Below are positions 17,134 to 27,369 of a stretch of DNA of 51,505 nucleotides, piece after piece. The notes below the pieces were generated by a model. That model ran no database searches. It was not told the origin of the DNA and saw only the letters and a list, made by a program, of their open reading frames with translations. The stretch's first letter is position 1. Each line of letters starts with the position of its first letter. Both the position numbers and the translations under genes were made by a program. Source of the stretch: Candidatus Fraserbacteria bacterium (GTDB lineage Bacteria > Bipolaricaulota > Bipolaricaulia > RBG-16-55-9 > DRXL01); assembly GCA_947085185.1 (NCBI GenBank), contig CAMTVK010000009.1:1-51505 (forward strand), read 5' to 3'.

Positions 17134-17940
17134 ATGTCTCAAGAGTTTTTCGCGATCGCTCATGAGCTCAGCACCAAGGATGAACCCTTCGCTTGCGCTC
17201 TAGTCGTGCAAACCGAGGGCTCCTCAGCAGCGAAGCCCGGCGCTAAAGCGATCATCACTGCCAGAGGCGAACTGATCTGGGGCTGGCTCGGTGGCGACTG
17301 CCTCGAATCTTCCACGATCTCGGCGGCTGTAGAGGCCCTGAAAGATGGCAACCCCCGTCTCATCACGATTGATTTGACGGATGAGCTGTCGGGGATGCCC
17401 TGCGGCGGAAGGCTCTGGGTGTACATTGAACCTGTCTTGCCCAAGCCCCATCTGCTTGTGGTAGGCCACGGTGCGATCGCCGAGAGCTTGGCACAGTTTG
17501 CCCAGCTCCTCAAGTTCCGCGTCACCGTGGATGATCCCCTCGCGGCTCACGGGAAATTTTCAGGCTGCCGCATCATCACCGATGATGCGGACTACAGCAG
17601 CTTGGAGATCACGCCCCATACGTATGTGGTGATCGCGACCCAGCACAAGTCGGATCACCTTGCAATCAAGAGCGCTCTGGAGAAGGGGGCGCGCTACATC
17701 GCGCTCATTGCCAGCCGAAAACGCGCAAGCCTCGTCTTAGAGTATGTGCGGGGGTACGGGTTCTCCAAGGAGCAGCTCCGCGTCATTCGCTCGCCTGCAG
17801 GCTTGGATGTGAAAGCCGTCACGCCCGAAGAGATCGCGCTCAGCGTCATGAGCGAGATCGTGGCAATCCGACGCGGAGGCACCGGAGCACCGTTGAGCAC
17901 CCCCTGCACACATTTGCACGGGAGCAGCTCAATAGGGTAA
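17134..17940 (+). CDS. XdhC/CoxI family molybdoenzyme maturation factor
   Basis: GSSAAKPGAK, GWLGGDC, MPCGG, YIALIASRKR, SPAGLDV...PEEIALS motifs. Confidence 0.88.
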   Translation: MSQEFFAIAHELSTKDEPFACALVVQTEGSSAAKPGAKAIITARGELIWGWLGGDCLESSTISAAVEALKDGNPRLITIDLTDELSGMPCGGRLWVYIEPVLPKPHLLVVGHGAIAESLAQFAQLLKFRVTVDDPLAAHGKFSGCRIITDDADYSSLEITPHTYVVIATQHKSDHLAIKSALEKGARYIALIASRKRASLVLEYVRGYGFSKEQLRVIRSPAGLDVKAVTPEEIALSVMSEIVAIRRGGTGAPLSTPCTHLHGSSSIG

Positions 17941-17997
17941 ACTGTACTCGCTCCCCCACGCGGGGAGAGGTCGTTCAAGAAAGGGGAGCGAATCTCC

Positions 17998-18381
17998 ATG
18001 CCCTATCCCAAAGAATATCGCTACACCAAAGAGCACGAGTGGGTCAAGCTTGAAGGCACCAGAGCGAGAGTCGGTATCACCGATCATGCCCAACACGAGT
18101 TGGGCGATGTCGTCTATGTCGAGCTTCCCAAGGTCGGCACTTTCGTCACACAGATGAAGGAGTTTGCTACCGTCGAGTCTGTGAAGGCCGTCTCGCCCAT
18201 CTACGCCCCCGTCAGTGGGGAGATCGTTGAGGTCAATAGAGAGCTGGAGAGCAGACCTGAACTGATCAATCAATCCCCCCATGAGCAGGGCTGGATCGCG
18301 ATCATCGCCGTCAGCGATCCCCAAGAGGTGGAGCATCTCCTGACGGCCGAGCAGTACGAAAAACTCATTGGGAGCCATTGA
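17998..18381 (+). CDS. gcvH: Glycine cleavage system H protein
   Basis: YTKEHEW, GITDHAQ, ESVKA lipoyl-Lys. Confidence 0.97.
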   Translation: MPYPKEYRYTKEHEWVKLEGTRARVGITDHAQHELGDVVYVELPKVGTFVTQMKEFATVESVKAVSPIYAPVSGEIVEVNRELESRPELINQSPHEQGWIAIIAVSDPQEVEHLLTAEQYEKLIGSH

Positions 18382-18387
18382 TCAGCT

Positions 18388-19722
18388 ATGCCCGCCTGTG
18401 AGTTCATCCCCAATACCCCCGAAGACCAACGCAAGATGCTCGCCGAGCTTGGGCTCACCGACATCGAAGAGCTCTTTGCCGATATCCCCGCTGAAGTGCT
18501 CAAGAGATTCAAGCCCATCGGGCTGGACCCCATGAGCGAGTTGGAAGTCTCTCAGCTTGTGAGAGGGATGGCCGCCTCCTGCGCGCATACCGAGAGATAC
18601 GTGAGCTTTCTTGGCGGTGGCATCTACGATCACTACGTACCCGCGATCATTCCTCACTTGATCTTGCGCGGGGAGTTCTTGACGTGCTACACGCCCTACC
18701 AACCCGAGCTCTCCCAAGGGACGCTCACGTGGATGTTCGAGTTCCAAACGATGATCTGTGAGCTGACCGCCATGGACGTTGCCAACTCTTCGATGTACGA
18801 CGGCGGCTCAGCACTCGCCGAAGCGATGCTCATGGCCAAGAACGTCACAGGAAGAACGAGATTTCTCGTGGCCCAAAGCCTCAACCCATACTATAGAAAG
18901 TGCGTGGAGACCTACGCCTGGGGCGCGGGATTGGAGCTTGGTGACGTGCCCTTCACCAAGACCGGACAGCTCGAGCGCTCGGCGATCTCTGCCCATGATC
19001 TTGCCGGACTGATCGTGCAAACCCCCAATTTCTTTGGGGTGATCGAAGACCTCTGCGGGCTGAAAGACCTGATCAAAGATGCGTTTCTCATCGTGAGTGT
19101 CAATCCCATCTCGTTGGGGGTCTTAGCGCCGCCGGGGGTGTTTGGCGCAGATATCGTAGTGGGCGAGGGGCAGCCGCTTGGGATTCCCCAGAGCTTTGGG
19201 GGCCCGCTGCTGGGGCTCTTTGCTACCAGAATGAGCTACGTGCGCAAGATGCCGGGGCGCATGGCCGGACGCACCGTAGATAGCGCAGGCACAACGGGCT
19301 ACGTCATGGCCCTGCAGACAAGAGAGCAGCACATCAGAAGAGAAAAAGCGACTTCGAATATCTGTACCAACCAAGCGCTGATGGCCCTCTGCGCCACGAT
19401 CTACTTGGCGACGTTAGGGCGGCGCGGCTTAAGAAGATTAGCCGAGCTCAATCTTCAAAAATCTCATTATCTTGCGGAGAAGATCGCCAAGCTCCCAGGG
19501 TATGCGCTGCGATTCTCCGGGCCGTTCTTTAACGAATTTGTGATCCAGACGCGCAAGAAGCCAGCACGGCTCTTGAAGGTCTTGCGCGATGAGGGCTTTT
19601 TGGGCGGTCTTGATCTTGCGCCCTATAAGATCCTAGACGGCAACAATCTCTTGCTCGCCGTCACGGAACGGCGCACACAAGCCGAGATGGATCGCTTTGT
19701 CAAGGTGCTGAAAGGAGCTTAA
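18388..19722 (+). CDS. gcvPA: Glycine dehydrogenase subunit 1
   Basis: [36 protein letters not shown]. Confidence 0.96.
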   Translation: MPACEFIPNTPEDQRKMLAELGLTDIEELFADIPAEVLKRFKPIGLDPMSELEVSQLVRGMAASCAHTERYVSFLGGGIYDHYVPAIIPHLILRGEFLTCYTPYQPELSQGTLTWMFEFQTMICELTAMDVANSSMYDGGSALAEAMLMAKNVTGRTRFLVAQSLNPYYRKCVETYAWGAGLELGDVPFTKTGQLERSAISAHDLAGLIVQTPNFFGVIEDLCGLKDLIKDAFLIVSVNPISLGVLAPPGVFGADIVVGEGQPLGIPQSFGGPLLGLFATRMSYVRKMPGRMAGRTVDSAGTTGYVMALQTREQHIRREKATSNICTNQALMALCATIYLATLGRRGLRRLAELNLQKSHYLAEKIAKLPGYALRFSGPFFNEFVIQTRKKPARLLKVLRDEGFLGGLDLAPYKILDGNNLLLAVTERRTQAEMDRFVKVLKGA

Positions 19723-19723
19723 G

Positions 19724-21208
19724 ATGGGAACGACGATCTTTGATATTGGTGAGGCAGGGCGCATGGGCCTGCGGCTCCCCGCGCTCGATGTTCCAGAGAG
19801 AAGCCTCACCGAGCTCATCCCCCCTGAGCTCATCCGGAAAGAAGACCCAAAACTCCCTCAGGTCTCTCAGATCGAAGTCGTCCGACACTACACGAAGCTC
19901 TCGCGCATGAACTACGGGGTTGATAACGGCATCTATCCCTTGGGGAGCTGCACGATGAAGTACAATCCCCGCATCAACGAGGAGATGGCGCGGCTGTTCG
20001 CGCACGCCCACCCGTTGCAAGGAGAAGAACTCTCCCAAGGGGCTTTGCAACTGATGTACGAGCTTGGGCAGTATCTCTGTGTCATCGGGGGCATGGACGC
20101 GATCACGCTCCAACCCGCCGCCGGCGCCCATGGGGAACTGACGGGAATGCTCATAATAAAAAAGCACTTCGAGCGCACCAAAGAGCTTTCCAAGCGCACA
20201 AAGATCTTATTGCCCGACTCAGCCCACGGGACAAACCCCGCTTCGGCAGCAATGTGCGGCTTTGAAGTCGTGCACATCCCCTCGGATTCCCGAGGACTGA
20301 TTGACTTAGAAGCCCTCACAGCTCATCTCGATGAGTCCGTCGCGGGGATCATGCTCACGAACCCCAACACGCTTGGGCTCTTCGAGACGGATATCTTAGA
20401 GATCACCAGGCTCATTCACGATGTGGGAGGGCTGGTCTATTACGATGGGGCCAATCTCAATGCGATTGTAGGGCGTGCTCGTCCCGGAGACATGGGGGTT
20501 GATATTGTGCACTATAACTTACATAAGACGTTCAGCACGCCGCACGGGGGCGGCGGCCCCGGCTCCGGCCCCGTGGCCGTCGTCAAGAGACTCGAGCCGT
20601 ATCTGCCCGTGCCGTGCGTCGTCAAGAACAAAGACAGATATATTCTTGACTACGAGCGCCCGCACTCCATCGGGAAGATTCACTCGTTCTACGGGAATTT
20701 TGGGGTGCTCGTCCGCGCGTATACTTATATTCGGATGCTGGGAGACGAGGGGCTGCGGGATGTGAGCACCAACGCCGTGCTCAATGCGAACTATTTGCGA
20801 GCCCGCCTGAGTAGAGTCTACAAAGCGCCCTATGACAGACTCTGTATGCACGAGTTTGTGCTGACGACCAAGGGCATGTCCGCAGAGATCCGCACTCTCG
20901 ACGTCGCCAAGAGACTGATAGACTACGGCGTCCATCCCTCTTCGATCTATTTCCCCTTGATCGTCCCGGAAGTGATGATGATCGAGCCCACGGAGACGGT
21001 CAGCAAGGAGGAGCTCGATCGCTTTGCGGATGCGCTCATCAAAGTCGCGCAAGAGATGAAAGAGAACCCCCACCTCCTGAAAGAAGCTCCTCACGCGGTG
21101 CCCGTCTATGGGGCATCGGTGCGACGCTTAGACGAGGTGCGTGCGGCGAAGGAGCCGATTTTGAGAGAGCCACCTTCGTCCCATCTCCCCTCTGGGGGAG
21201 GGCAGTAG
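19724..21208 (+). CDS. gcvPB: Glycine dehydrogenase subunit 2
   Basis: [41 protein letters not shown] motif. Confidence 0.96.
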   Translation: MGTTIFDIGEAGRMGLRLPALDVPERSLTELIPPELIRKEDPKLPQVSQIEVVRHYTKLSRMNYGVDNGIYPLGSCTMKYNPRINEEMARLFAHAHPLQGEELSQGALQLMYELGQYLCVIGGMDAITLQPAAGAHGELTGMLIIKKHFERTKELSKRTKILLPDSAHGTNPASAAMCGFEVVHIPSDSRGLIDLEALTAHLDESVAGIMLTNPNTLGLFETDILEITRLIHDVGGLVYYDGANLNAIVGRARPGDMGVDIVHYNLHKTFSTPHGGGGPGSGPVAVVKRLEPYLPVPCVVKNKDRYILDYERPHSIGKIHSFYGNFGVLVRAYTYIRMLGDEGLRDVSTNAVLNANYLRARLSRVYKAPYDRLCMHEFVLTTKGMSAEIRTLDVAKRLIDYGVHPSSIYFPLIVPEVMMIEPTETVSKEELDRFADALIKVAQEMKENPHLLKEAPHAVPVYGASVRRLDEVRAAKEPILREPPSSHLPSGGGQ

Positions 21209-21220
21209 AGAGGTGAGGGA

Positions 21221-22072
21221 GTGGTGGTGATGAGAGGTCTCGTCGCGGTGCTGGGCGCGATCTTTTTCATAATCGCTGGGGGCCTTGCCCAACCCCAGCC
21301 CAAAAATTTTAACGATTGGGCCCCCGATTGGGCCCCCGACGGCACGAAGATCGTCTTCGTCTCCGACCGCGACGGCAACTCTGAGATCTATGTGCTCACC
21401 CTGGCTCCTGTCACGGATTTGAAGCGCCTCACAGAACATCGCGCCAGCGATCTTGGCCCGCGCTTCTCCCCCGACGGCACCAAGATCGTCTTCTACTCAA
21501 GCCGCGACGGCAACTATGAGATCTATCTCATGGACGCCGACGGCTCCACCGTCACACGCTTAACACATACCATAGCCATCGACTGGGACCCCAATTGGAC
21601 CCCCGACGGAAAGATTATCTTTGAGTCTTTTCGCGACGGCTGGCCCGATCTCTATCTGATAGACCCCCTCACCGGCGCCTTGGAGCGCTTGACCCAAGAC
21701 CCCTGGCGCGAAGCGTTTCCCGCTTGGTCACCCAAGAACGAGAAGATCGTCTTCGCTTCGTATCGCGAGGGCAGTTGGAATCTGTACGCCATGCGCCCCA
21801 ACGGCTTGGTGCGCCAGAAGCTGACCGACGGCAATGGGATCTATCGGCACCCAAGCTGGTCGCGCGATGGACGATTCATCGTGTTGGAAGCAGTTCACGG
21901 CGACGAGTCCGACATCGCTCGGCTCGATGCGGACGGACAGAACTTCACCTGGCTCACTCGTGATATCTCTCGCGATTCGTATCCGTCGTTGGCCCCCCAT
22001 GGCAAGAGGATCGTTTACACCAGCGAACGCGCCGGCTACCAGCGGCTGGTCATTCGAGACGTTTCCCCGTAA
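21221..22072 (+). CDS. Exported TolB-like beta-propeller (PD40 repeats)
   Basis: Signal peptide; repeated PxWSPDG/IVFxSxRDG motifs. Confidence 0.88.
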   Translation: MVVMRGLVAVLGAIFFIIAGGLAQPQPKNFNDWAPDWAPDGTKIVFVSDRDGNSEIYVLTLAPVTDLKRLTEHRASDLGPRFSPDGTKIVFYSSRDGNYEIYLMDADGSTVTRLTHTIAIDWDPNWTPDGKIIFESFRDGWPDLYLIDPLTGALERLTQDPWREAFPAWSPKNEKIVFASYREGSWNLYAMRPNGLVRQKLTDGNGIYRHPSWSRDGRFIVLEAVHGDESDIARLDADGQNFTWLTRDISRDSYPSLAPHGKRIVYTSERAGYQRLVIRDVSP

Positions 22073-22120
22073 AATAGAGAAATCCCCGGAGCGAGAGCGC
22101 TCTTAGAAAGGGCTTCTATC

Positions 22121-23137
22121 ATGGTCAATGAAGTCAAGGCCGTCATCCGTGCTCATGGGCGGTTTGGCATTCTCTCTCATATTGGTCCAGAGGGCGATGC
22201 CATCGGCAGCGAGCTGGCTTTAAAGTTTATGCTGGAGCAGCTCGGCAAGGAAGCGTGGGTGGCCAATCGTGATCTCGTCCCCCCGAATTTGCAGTTTCTG
22301 CCCGGCGCTGATGCGATGCTCCATCCCACCCAGCTGCGCAGCGACGAGATCGAAGTCTGGTGTGTCGTGGATTGTGGAGACTTAAGCCGCGTCGGTGAAG
22401 ATGCTTTAAAGCTCTTTCACGAAGGTCAGATCATTGTGAACATAGACCATCACCATCGCGATAACCCTCGGTTTGGCCATGTGAACTTTGTCAAAGAAGC
22501 AGCCTCGACGACGCAGCTGCTCTATGAGCTCGCGCGCTATCTGCCCGTTGAGATCACCCCACAGATCGCTACGTGTCTCTATACGGGGATCATTGCTGAC
22601 ACGGATTCATTCCGAAACTCCAACGTCACCCGCGAGGTGCTGGAGATGGCGGCCCAGCTTCTGTCATACGGCGTGGACACGCGTGAGATCGCCATCAATC
22701 TCTATGAGAGTCGCAGCGTGCATGAGCTGCAGCTGTTGGGCTATGTCTTGCAAAATGCTCAGGTTCGTGACGGGATCATCTGGAGCATCATTCCCAAGTC
22801 GGTCTTTCACAAGACAAATACATCGGTCACGGACACCGAGCGCTTGGTAGAGGAGCTGCGCAGCGTCGCGGGCATCGAAGTCGCGGTACTCTTCAAGGAG
22901 CTGGAGAACGGGAAGATCAAGGTCAGCTTGCGCTCGAAGGGTCGAGCGACGGTCAACGGTGTGGCGCGTCTCTTTGGGGGAGGAGGGCACGAGCAAGCTG
23001 CCGGCTGCGTCATCCCCGGCGAGCTGAGCGACGTCCAAGAACAGGTGCTCGCGGAGCTCCAGCGCCATCTCTCCCGAACTCCTTCTGGCAATGGAAGCCC
23101 CGCTCCCACCGGAAGGGAGGGCGCGAAGAATTTGTAA
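22121..23137 (+). CDS. nrnA: DHH/DHHA1 bifunctional oligoribonuclease/pAp phosphatase
   Basis: HIGPEGDAIGS, IDHH, SLRS, GGGGHEQAAG. Confidence 0.88.
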   Translation: MVNEVKAVIRAHGRFGILSHIGPEGDAIGSELALKFMLEQLGKEAWVANRDLVPPNLQFLPGADAMLHPTQLRSDEIEVWCVVDCGDLSRVGEDALKLFHEGQIIVNIDHHHRDNPRFGHVNFVKEAASTTQLLYELARYLPVEITPQIATCLYTGIIADTDSFRNSNVTREVLEMAAQLLSYGVDTREIAINLYESRSVHELQLLGYVLQNAQVRDGIIWSIIPKSVFHKTNTSVTDTERLVEELRSVAGIEVAVLFKELENGKIKVSLRSKGRATVNGVARLFGGGGHEQAAGCVIPGELSDVQEQVLAELQRHLSRTPSGNGSPAPTGREGAKNL

Positions 23138-23139
23138 CG

Positions 23140-24036
23140 ATGGCCATCTACACTCTGAGAGAGTATCGTCCGCAGCGGCGCACCGCTCTGACGTTGGGGA
23201 CGTTCGACGGAGTGCACCGGGGCCATCGAGCGCTCCTAGAACGCACTGCAGCTTGGGCACAAGAACACAGCACGCTGAGCATGGCGTTTGTCTTCACCCA
23301 CCCCCCGGCAAACTATCTGGGGGTTCCCAAGCCTCTGCTCATGCCCGTGAGCAAGAAGCTTCAAAGGATCGCGCAAATCGTCGAGCACGTCCTGGCTGTG
23401 GAATTTCCTGAGGTCGGTGGCATGACGGCAGAAGAGTTCGTCGAGGATATCTTAGTAGGGCGCCTACGCATGGCTCATATTGTCATCGGTCCTGATGCGC
23501 GCTTTGGCAAGGGGCGGCGAGGGGACAGGGCGCTCCTGGAGCAGCTTGGCGCAGACCTGGGGTTCTCTGTCGAGGTCGTCCCACCCATAGACAGTATCAG
23601 TGCGACGGCGATCCGAGAGAGCTTGCTTGCGGGACGTGTTGAAGAAGCCCGGAGGATGTTAGGCTACGCGCCGACGCTGTGGGGCACGGTAGTCCATGGT
23701 GATGGTCGGGGGCGGCAATTGGGCTATCCCACCGCGAACTTAGCGATAGAGCCGGGTGTGCTCGTGCCAGCAGCGGGGGTCTACGCCGTGCGAGTGCGTG
23801 TCACAGAGTCGCAGCGCGGCGGGGTGCTCTACATTGGGAGTCGCGCGACGTTTGAGGGAGCCACTCCCAGCGTTGAGGTCCATCTCTTTGACGTGAAAGA
23901 AGATCTCTACGGCATGGAGCTTGAGGTCGAGCTGCTCAAGTATCTCCGGGGTGATGCGCGCTTTCAGCGCTTAGAAGACCTTAGAGCGCAGATCGAGGCC
24001 GATATTCGTGAGGCGCGGGCAGCCTTGCGGCTTTAG
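23140..24036 (+). CDS. ribF: Bifunctional riboflavin kinase/FAD synthetase
   Basis: GTFDGVHRGH, ISATAIR, GYPTANL, EVHLFD. Confidence 0.95.
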   Translation: MAIYTLREYRPQRRTALTLGTFDGVHRGHRALLERTAAWAQEHSTLSMAFVFTHPPANYLGVPKPLLMPVSKKLQRIAQIVEHVLAVEFPEVGGMTAEEFVEDILVGRLRMAHIVIGPDARFGKGRRGDRALLEQLGADLGFSVEVVPPIDSISATAIRESLLAGRVEEARRMLGYAPTLWGTVVHGDGRGRQLGYPTANLAIEPGVLVPAAGVYAVRVRVTESQRGGVLYIGSRATFEGATPSVEVHLFDVKEDLYGMELEVELLKYLRGDARFQRLEDLRAQIEADIREARAALRL

Positions 24037-24051
24037 AAGCAGCCGATGAAG

Positions 24052-24285
24052 CTACCCTGTAGCTTGCACCTCGACAAAGTCTCCCTCCGAGCTTGGCGCA
24101 GGCACAGGCAATCCCTCCCGCTGGAGGCCTTCAATGTGAAATTCAATAGCTTCGCGAATCAACTTGAGCACTTCCTCGCGGCTCTTGCCCACCGCTACAC
24201 ACCCCGGCAAATCCGGGACATAGGCTCCCCAACTTGTTGTCCCTCGCTCGATGACTACAAGATAGCACAGCTTCGTCATCCTCAC
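24052..24285 (-). CDS. hicB: HicB family antitoxin
   Basis: YLVVIE...AYVPDLPGCVAVG...EAIEFHIEGL. Confidence 0.9.
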   Translation of the reverse strand: MRMTKLCYLVVIERGTTSWGAYVPDLPGCVAVGKSREEVLKLIREAIEFHIEGLQREGLPVPAPSSEGDFVEVQATG

Positions 24286-24476
24286 CTCTCCTTCTTCAAG
24301 CTGGCTTGTTTGAGTATAGCGTTCAGCGTACCAGGAGGCACATCTAAACTCAGCTTGCCGGCTACTGTAACAGTTCCCGGCTTACTTGGATGCTTATATT
24401 GCCGGTGACTGCCACGAGTGCGCACCAACTGCCATCCATCTTCTTTAAGAAGCCGAATCAACTCTCTGACCTTCAC
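24282..24476 (-). CDS. hicA: HicA family toxin
   Basis: GWQLVRTRGSHRQYKHP, GTLNAILKQA; overlaps the hicB start. Confidence 0.92.
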   Translation of the reverse strand: MKVRELIRLLKEDGWQLVRTRGSHRQYKHPSKPGTVTVAGKLSLDVPPGTLNAILKQASLKKER

Positions 24477-24525
24477 TTCTTTATAATATACGAACCTTAT
24501 AGGTCAAGCGTCAAGGAGACTTGCG

Positions 24526-24756
24526 CTAGAGCCCCAGTTTCTTGGCCAAACGGTGCTTGTCGAACCCGACAATAAAATCTCCGTCAATCTCGATGACCGG
24601 GACGCTCGCGCGTCCTGTCCGGCTCACCAACTCGGCCATCTTCTGATGGTCTTTGGAGATGTCGTACTCCGTGAAGCCGATCCCGCGCTCCGCGAGAAAT
24701 TGCTTGGCTATCCCACAATAGCGACACGTCGGCGTAGTGTAGAGAATAACGTTCAT
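24526..24756 (-). CDS. Glutaredoxin/NrdH-like redoxin
   Basis: YTTPTCRYC, SVPVIEIDG, VGFD; start at ATG 24756. Confidence 0.88.
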   Translation of the reverse strand: MNVILYTTPTCRYCGIAKQFLAERGIGFTEYDISKDHQKMAELVSRTGRASVPVIEIDGDFIVGFDKHRLAKKLGL

Positions 24757-24864
24757 TCTGCGACCACCGGCTGGTAAGTCTACACATTGGGTCGGGGGGT
24801 TGTCAAAAAAATTTTTGCGCACTTGCAAAAGTCTCGATTTTCCTGTATTATTTCAGCAAATCTT

Positions 24865-25518
24865 ATGATTGTGCTCGGCATAGAGACCAGCCACGAACAA
24901 GGCAGCGTCGGCCTCTCCACAGACGGGCATTCCTTGGGGGAAGTGCTCTTCTCCACCGAGCTTGGTTCTGGGGAACGACTCCTGCCCGCTGTGGAGAGCG
25001 TGCTTATGCTCAACAACATCGAGCGAGATCAGCTCGAGTTAATCGCCGTGGCGTTGGGGCCAGGATCGTTCACGAGCTTACGGATTGGGATGGCCGTGGG
25101 CAAGGGGCTCGCTCAAGCGCTTGGCATCCCCATTGTCGGGGTTCCCAGCATGGCTGCGTATGCGGAGATCGTCTCGTTCTTGCCGGGAAAGATCTGCGTG
25201 GTGCTCCCCGATCGGCGCGATCTCGTCTATTATGCGCTCTATGAGCGTGCTGTTCCGATCACGGCTTTTCTCTCCAGCACGACAAGAGCGCTCCACAAGC
25301 AGTTAGCACAGATTCCTGATGTTGCGCTCTGTATTGGGCCGGGCGCGGAGCGCCATCGCGCTCTCTTCGAGCTGATAGCCCCAGTAGCGCCGGCGGCGCT
25401 TAATCGGCCCTGCGGCGCCGTGATCGCTCAACTGGGAGCTCGAACATATCTGCACTCTCAGCGTGACGAGTTATGGACGCTCGAACCACACTACGTTCAG
25501 AAGCTGATCGATACTTAA
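24865..25518 (+). CDS. tsaB: tRNA threonylcarbamoyladenosine biosynthesis protein
   Basis: MIVLGIETS, GPGSFTSLRIG, LEPHY. Confidence 0.9.
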   Translation: MIVLGIETSHEQGSVGLSTDGHSLGEVLFSTELGSGERLLPAVESVLMLNNIERDQLELIAVALGPGSFTSLRIGMAVGKGLAQALGIPIVGVPSMAAYAEIVSFLPGKICVVLPDRRDLVYYALYERAVPITAFLSSTTRALHKQLAQIPDVALCIGPGAERHRALFELIAPVAPAALNRPCGAVIAQLGARTYLHSQRDELWTLEPHYVQKLIDT

Positions 25519-25531
25519 GAAAGGAGCTCGC

Positions 25532-26281
25532 ATGAAGGTGCTTGTCTGCGTCAAGCGCGTCCCGGATACCGGGGGCGGGTTCAAGCTGACGGCCGATCAC
25601 ATGCGCTTGGACACGACGAATTTGGGGTTTGCTATCAGTCCTCACGAGGAGTGCGCCGTCGAAGAAGCCATCAGAATCGTGGAGAAGCATGGGGGCAGCT
25701 CCACCGTGCTGACGCTGGGCCCCACAGCAGCGGCGGAGCAGTTGCGCGAAGCGATCGCCAAGGGAGTCAATAGTGCGATACTTTTAGAAGCCGAAGACTA
25801 TGAGTTTTGGGACCCTGCGGCGACCGCTTGGGCGATCGCGGAGACTGTGAAGCCTCTGGGATTCGACGTGCTTTTGTTTGGGAACGAATCGGCGGATGCG
25901 TGCCATTATCAAGTTGGGGTGCGAGTAGCGTATCTGTTAGATCTGCCGTGCGTGACGGGCATCAAATCGCTAGAGCTTCAGAGATCTCTAGCGATCGCCA
26001 AGCGCGAGACCACAGAGGGCTGGGAGGTCTACGAAGTTCCGCTCCCTGCGGTCTTCACGGTGAAAGAGGGCATCAACACGCCCAGACACCCAAGCCTACG
26101 TGGGATCATGAGCGCCAAGAAAGTCTCCATCGAGCACAGAAAAGTGACCAAGCCCGCGCCGCAGCTCGTGCGCAAAGCCCTCAAAAAACCCCAAGAGGGC
26201 CGACAGCTCGAGATCTTGGGCCAGGGGGTCGACGCAGTACCCAAGATCATCGAGAAACTTCGCGAAGTGGGGGCGATCTGA
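25532..26281 (+). CDS. etfB: Electron transfer flavoprotein beta subunit
   Basis: VCVKRVPD, AVEEA, INTPRHPSLRGIM. Confidence 0.92.
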   Translation: MKVLVCVKRVPDTGGGFKLTADHMRLDTTNLGFAISPHEECAVEEAIRIVEKHGGSSTVLTLGPTAAAEQLREAIAKGVNSAILLEAEDYEFWDPAATAWAIAETVKPLGFDVLLFGNESADACHYQVGVRVAYLLDLPCVTGIKSLELQRSLAIAKRETTEGWEVYEVPLPAVFTVKEGINTPRHPSLRGIMSAKKVSIEHRKVTKPAPQLVRKALKKPQEGRQLEILGQGVDAVPKIIEKLREVGAI

Positions 26282-26282
26282 G

Positions 26283-27257
26283 ATGATCTTAGCTATCTTA
26301 GAGACACCCAAGGGCACGCCGACGGAAGCGTCTTTAGAAGCTGTCACGGCAGCGGCTGAGCTGGCGCACAAGACCGGAGACTCGGTGACAGCGTTGCTCA
26401 TGGGCAAGGGAGTGAGCGCGCTGGCGCAAGGGCTCAAGGGCATCAGCATGGTGCTCGTCGCCGAAGATCAGCGCTTAGAGGGGTACGTCCCGGAGGCGTG
26501 CGCCAAGATCGTCTCGCAAGTGATTACGCAAAAATCTCCCAAGATCGCCATAGCCCCAGGCACGGAGACCGGCAATGATCTGATGGCGCGCGTCGCGGCG
26601 CGGCTCAATGTGGGGCTGGCTACGAACTGTTCAGAGTTCTTTGTCGAGGACGGCACGCTGAAGGGAGTGACGCGTTCCACCTGGGGCGGCAGTCTCTTAG
26701 AAGAACTCGAAATTTTGAGCAGCCCGATCTTGCTGACGCTCCAGCCTCACACAAGACCCGCTCAGGCTGCCGATGGCGCTGCCCCTTCCGTCGAGGTTCT
26801 CCCTTTGGAACTGAGCGAGAGGGACTTTCGCGTGCGCGTGAAAGAGCTTCTTCGCGTGGAGAAGAAGGGCATCTCGCTCACGGATGCCAAGGTCGTCATT
26901 GGCGGTGGGCGGGGCATGGGGAGCGCCGAGGCCTTCAAGATGCTCGAGGAGCTTGCCGGTCTGCTCCCGATGGCAGCCGTTGGGGCCACGCGCGTCGCGA
27001 CCAATAACGGCTGGCGTCCGCACTCCGATCAGATCGGGCAGACGGGCGCTCAGATCGCTCCCAATCTCTATATTGCGTGCGGGATCTCCGGGGCGATCCA
27101 GCACATGGTCGGCTGCAAGAATTCTAAGAAGATCCTCGCGATCAATAAAGACCCCGAAGCGCCGATCTTCCAACGCGCCGATTACGGGGTCATCGGGGAT
27201 CTCCATCAGATCGTCCCCGCGTTGATCGCCGAGCTAAAGAGGCTAAAAGGGGCTTGA
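26283..27257 (+). CDS. etfA: Electron transfer flavoprotein alpha subunit
   Basis: GGGRG, QIGQTG, LYIACGISGAIQH, INKDPEAPIF. Confidence 0.94.
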   Translation: MILAILETPKGTPTEASLEAVTAAAELAHKTGDSVTALLMGKGVSALAQGLKGISMVLVAEDQRLEGYVPEACAKIVSQVITQKSPKIAIAPGTETGNDLMARVAARLNVGLATNCSEFFVEDGTLKGVTRSTWGGSLLEELEILSSPILLTLQPHTRPAQAADGAAPSVEVLPLELSERDFRVRVKELLRVEKKGISLTDAKVVIGGGRGMGSAEAFKMLEELAGLLPMAAVGATRVATNNGWRPHSDQIGQTGAQIAPNLYIACGISGAIQHMVGCKNSKKILAINKDPEAPIFQRADYGVIGDLHQIVPALIAELKRLKGA

Positions 27258-27369
27258 ACCAAAATTTCACCTCCGTTCCATTGACAGAACACTCGGGTAT
27301 TCTGTATAGTAAAGGCCTAGCAAACCATAAGCGCACTCGATAAAAGAATTGGAGTAAGGAGGCAGATCT

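Noticed and set aside
21314..21337. 12-bp tandem duplication GATTGGGCCCCC
   Set aside because: Encodes DWAP-DWAP, which fits the normal PD40 repeat pattern
24779..24794. NrdR box upstream of the glutaredoxin
   Set aside because: Single site with only a partial match (CAATGTGTAG) and no nrd genes nearby
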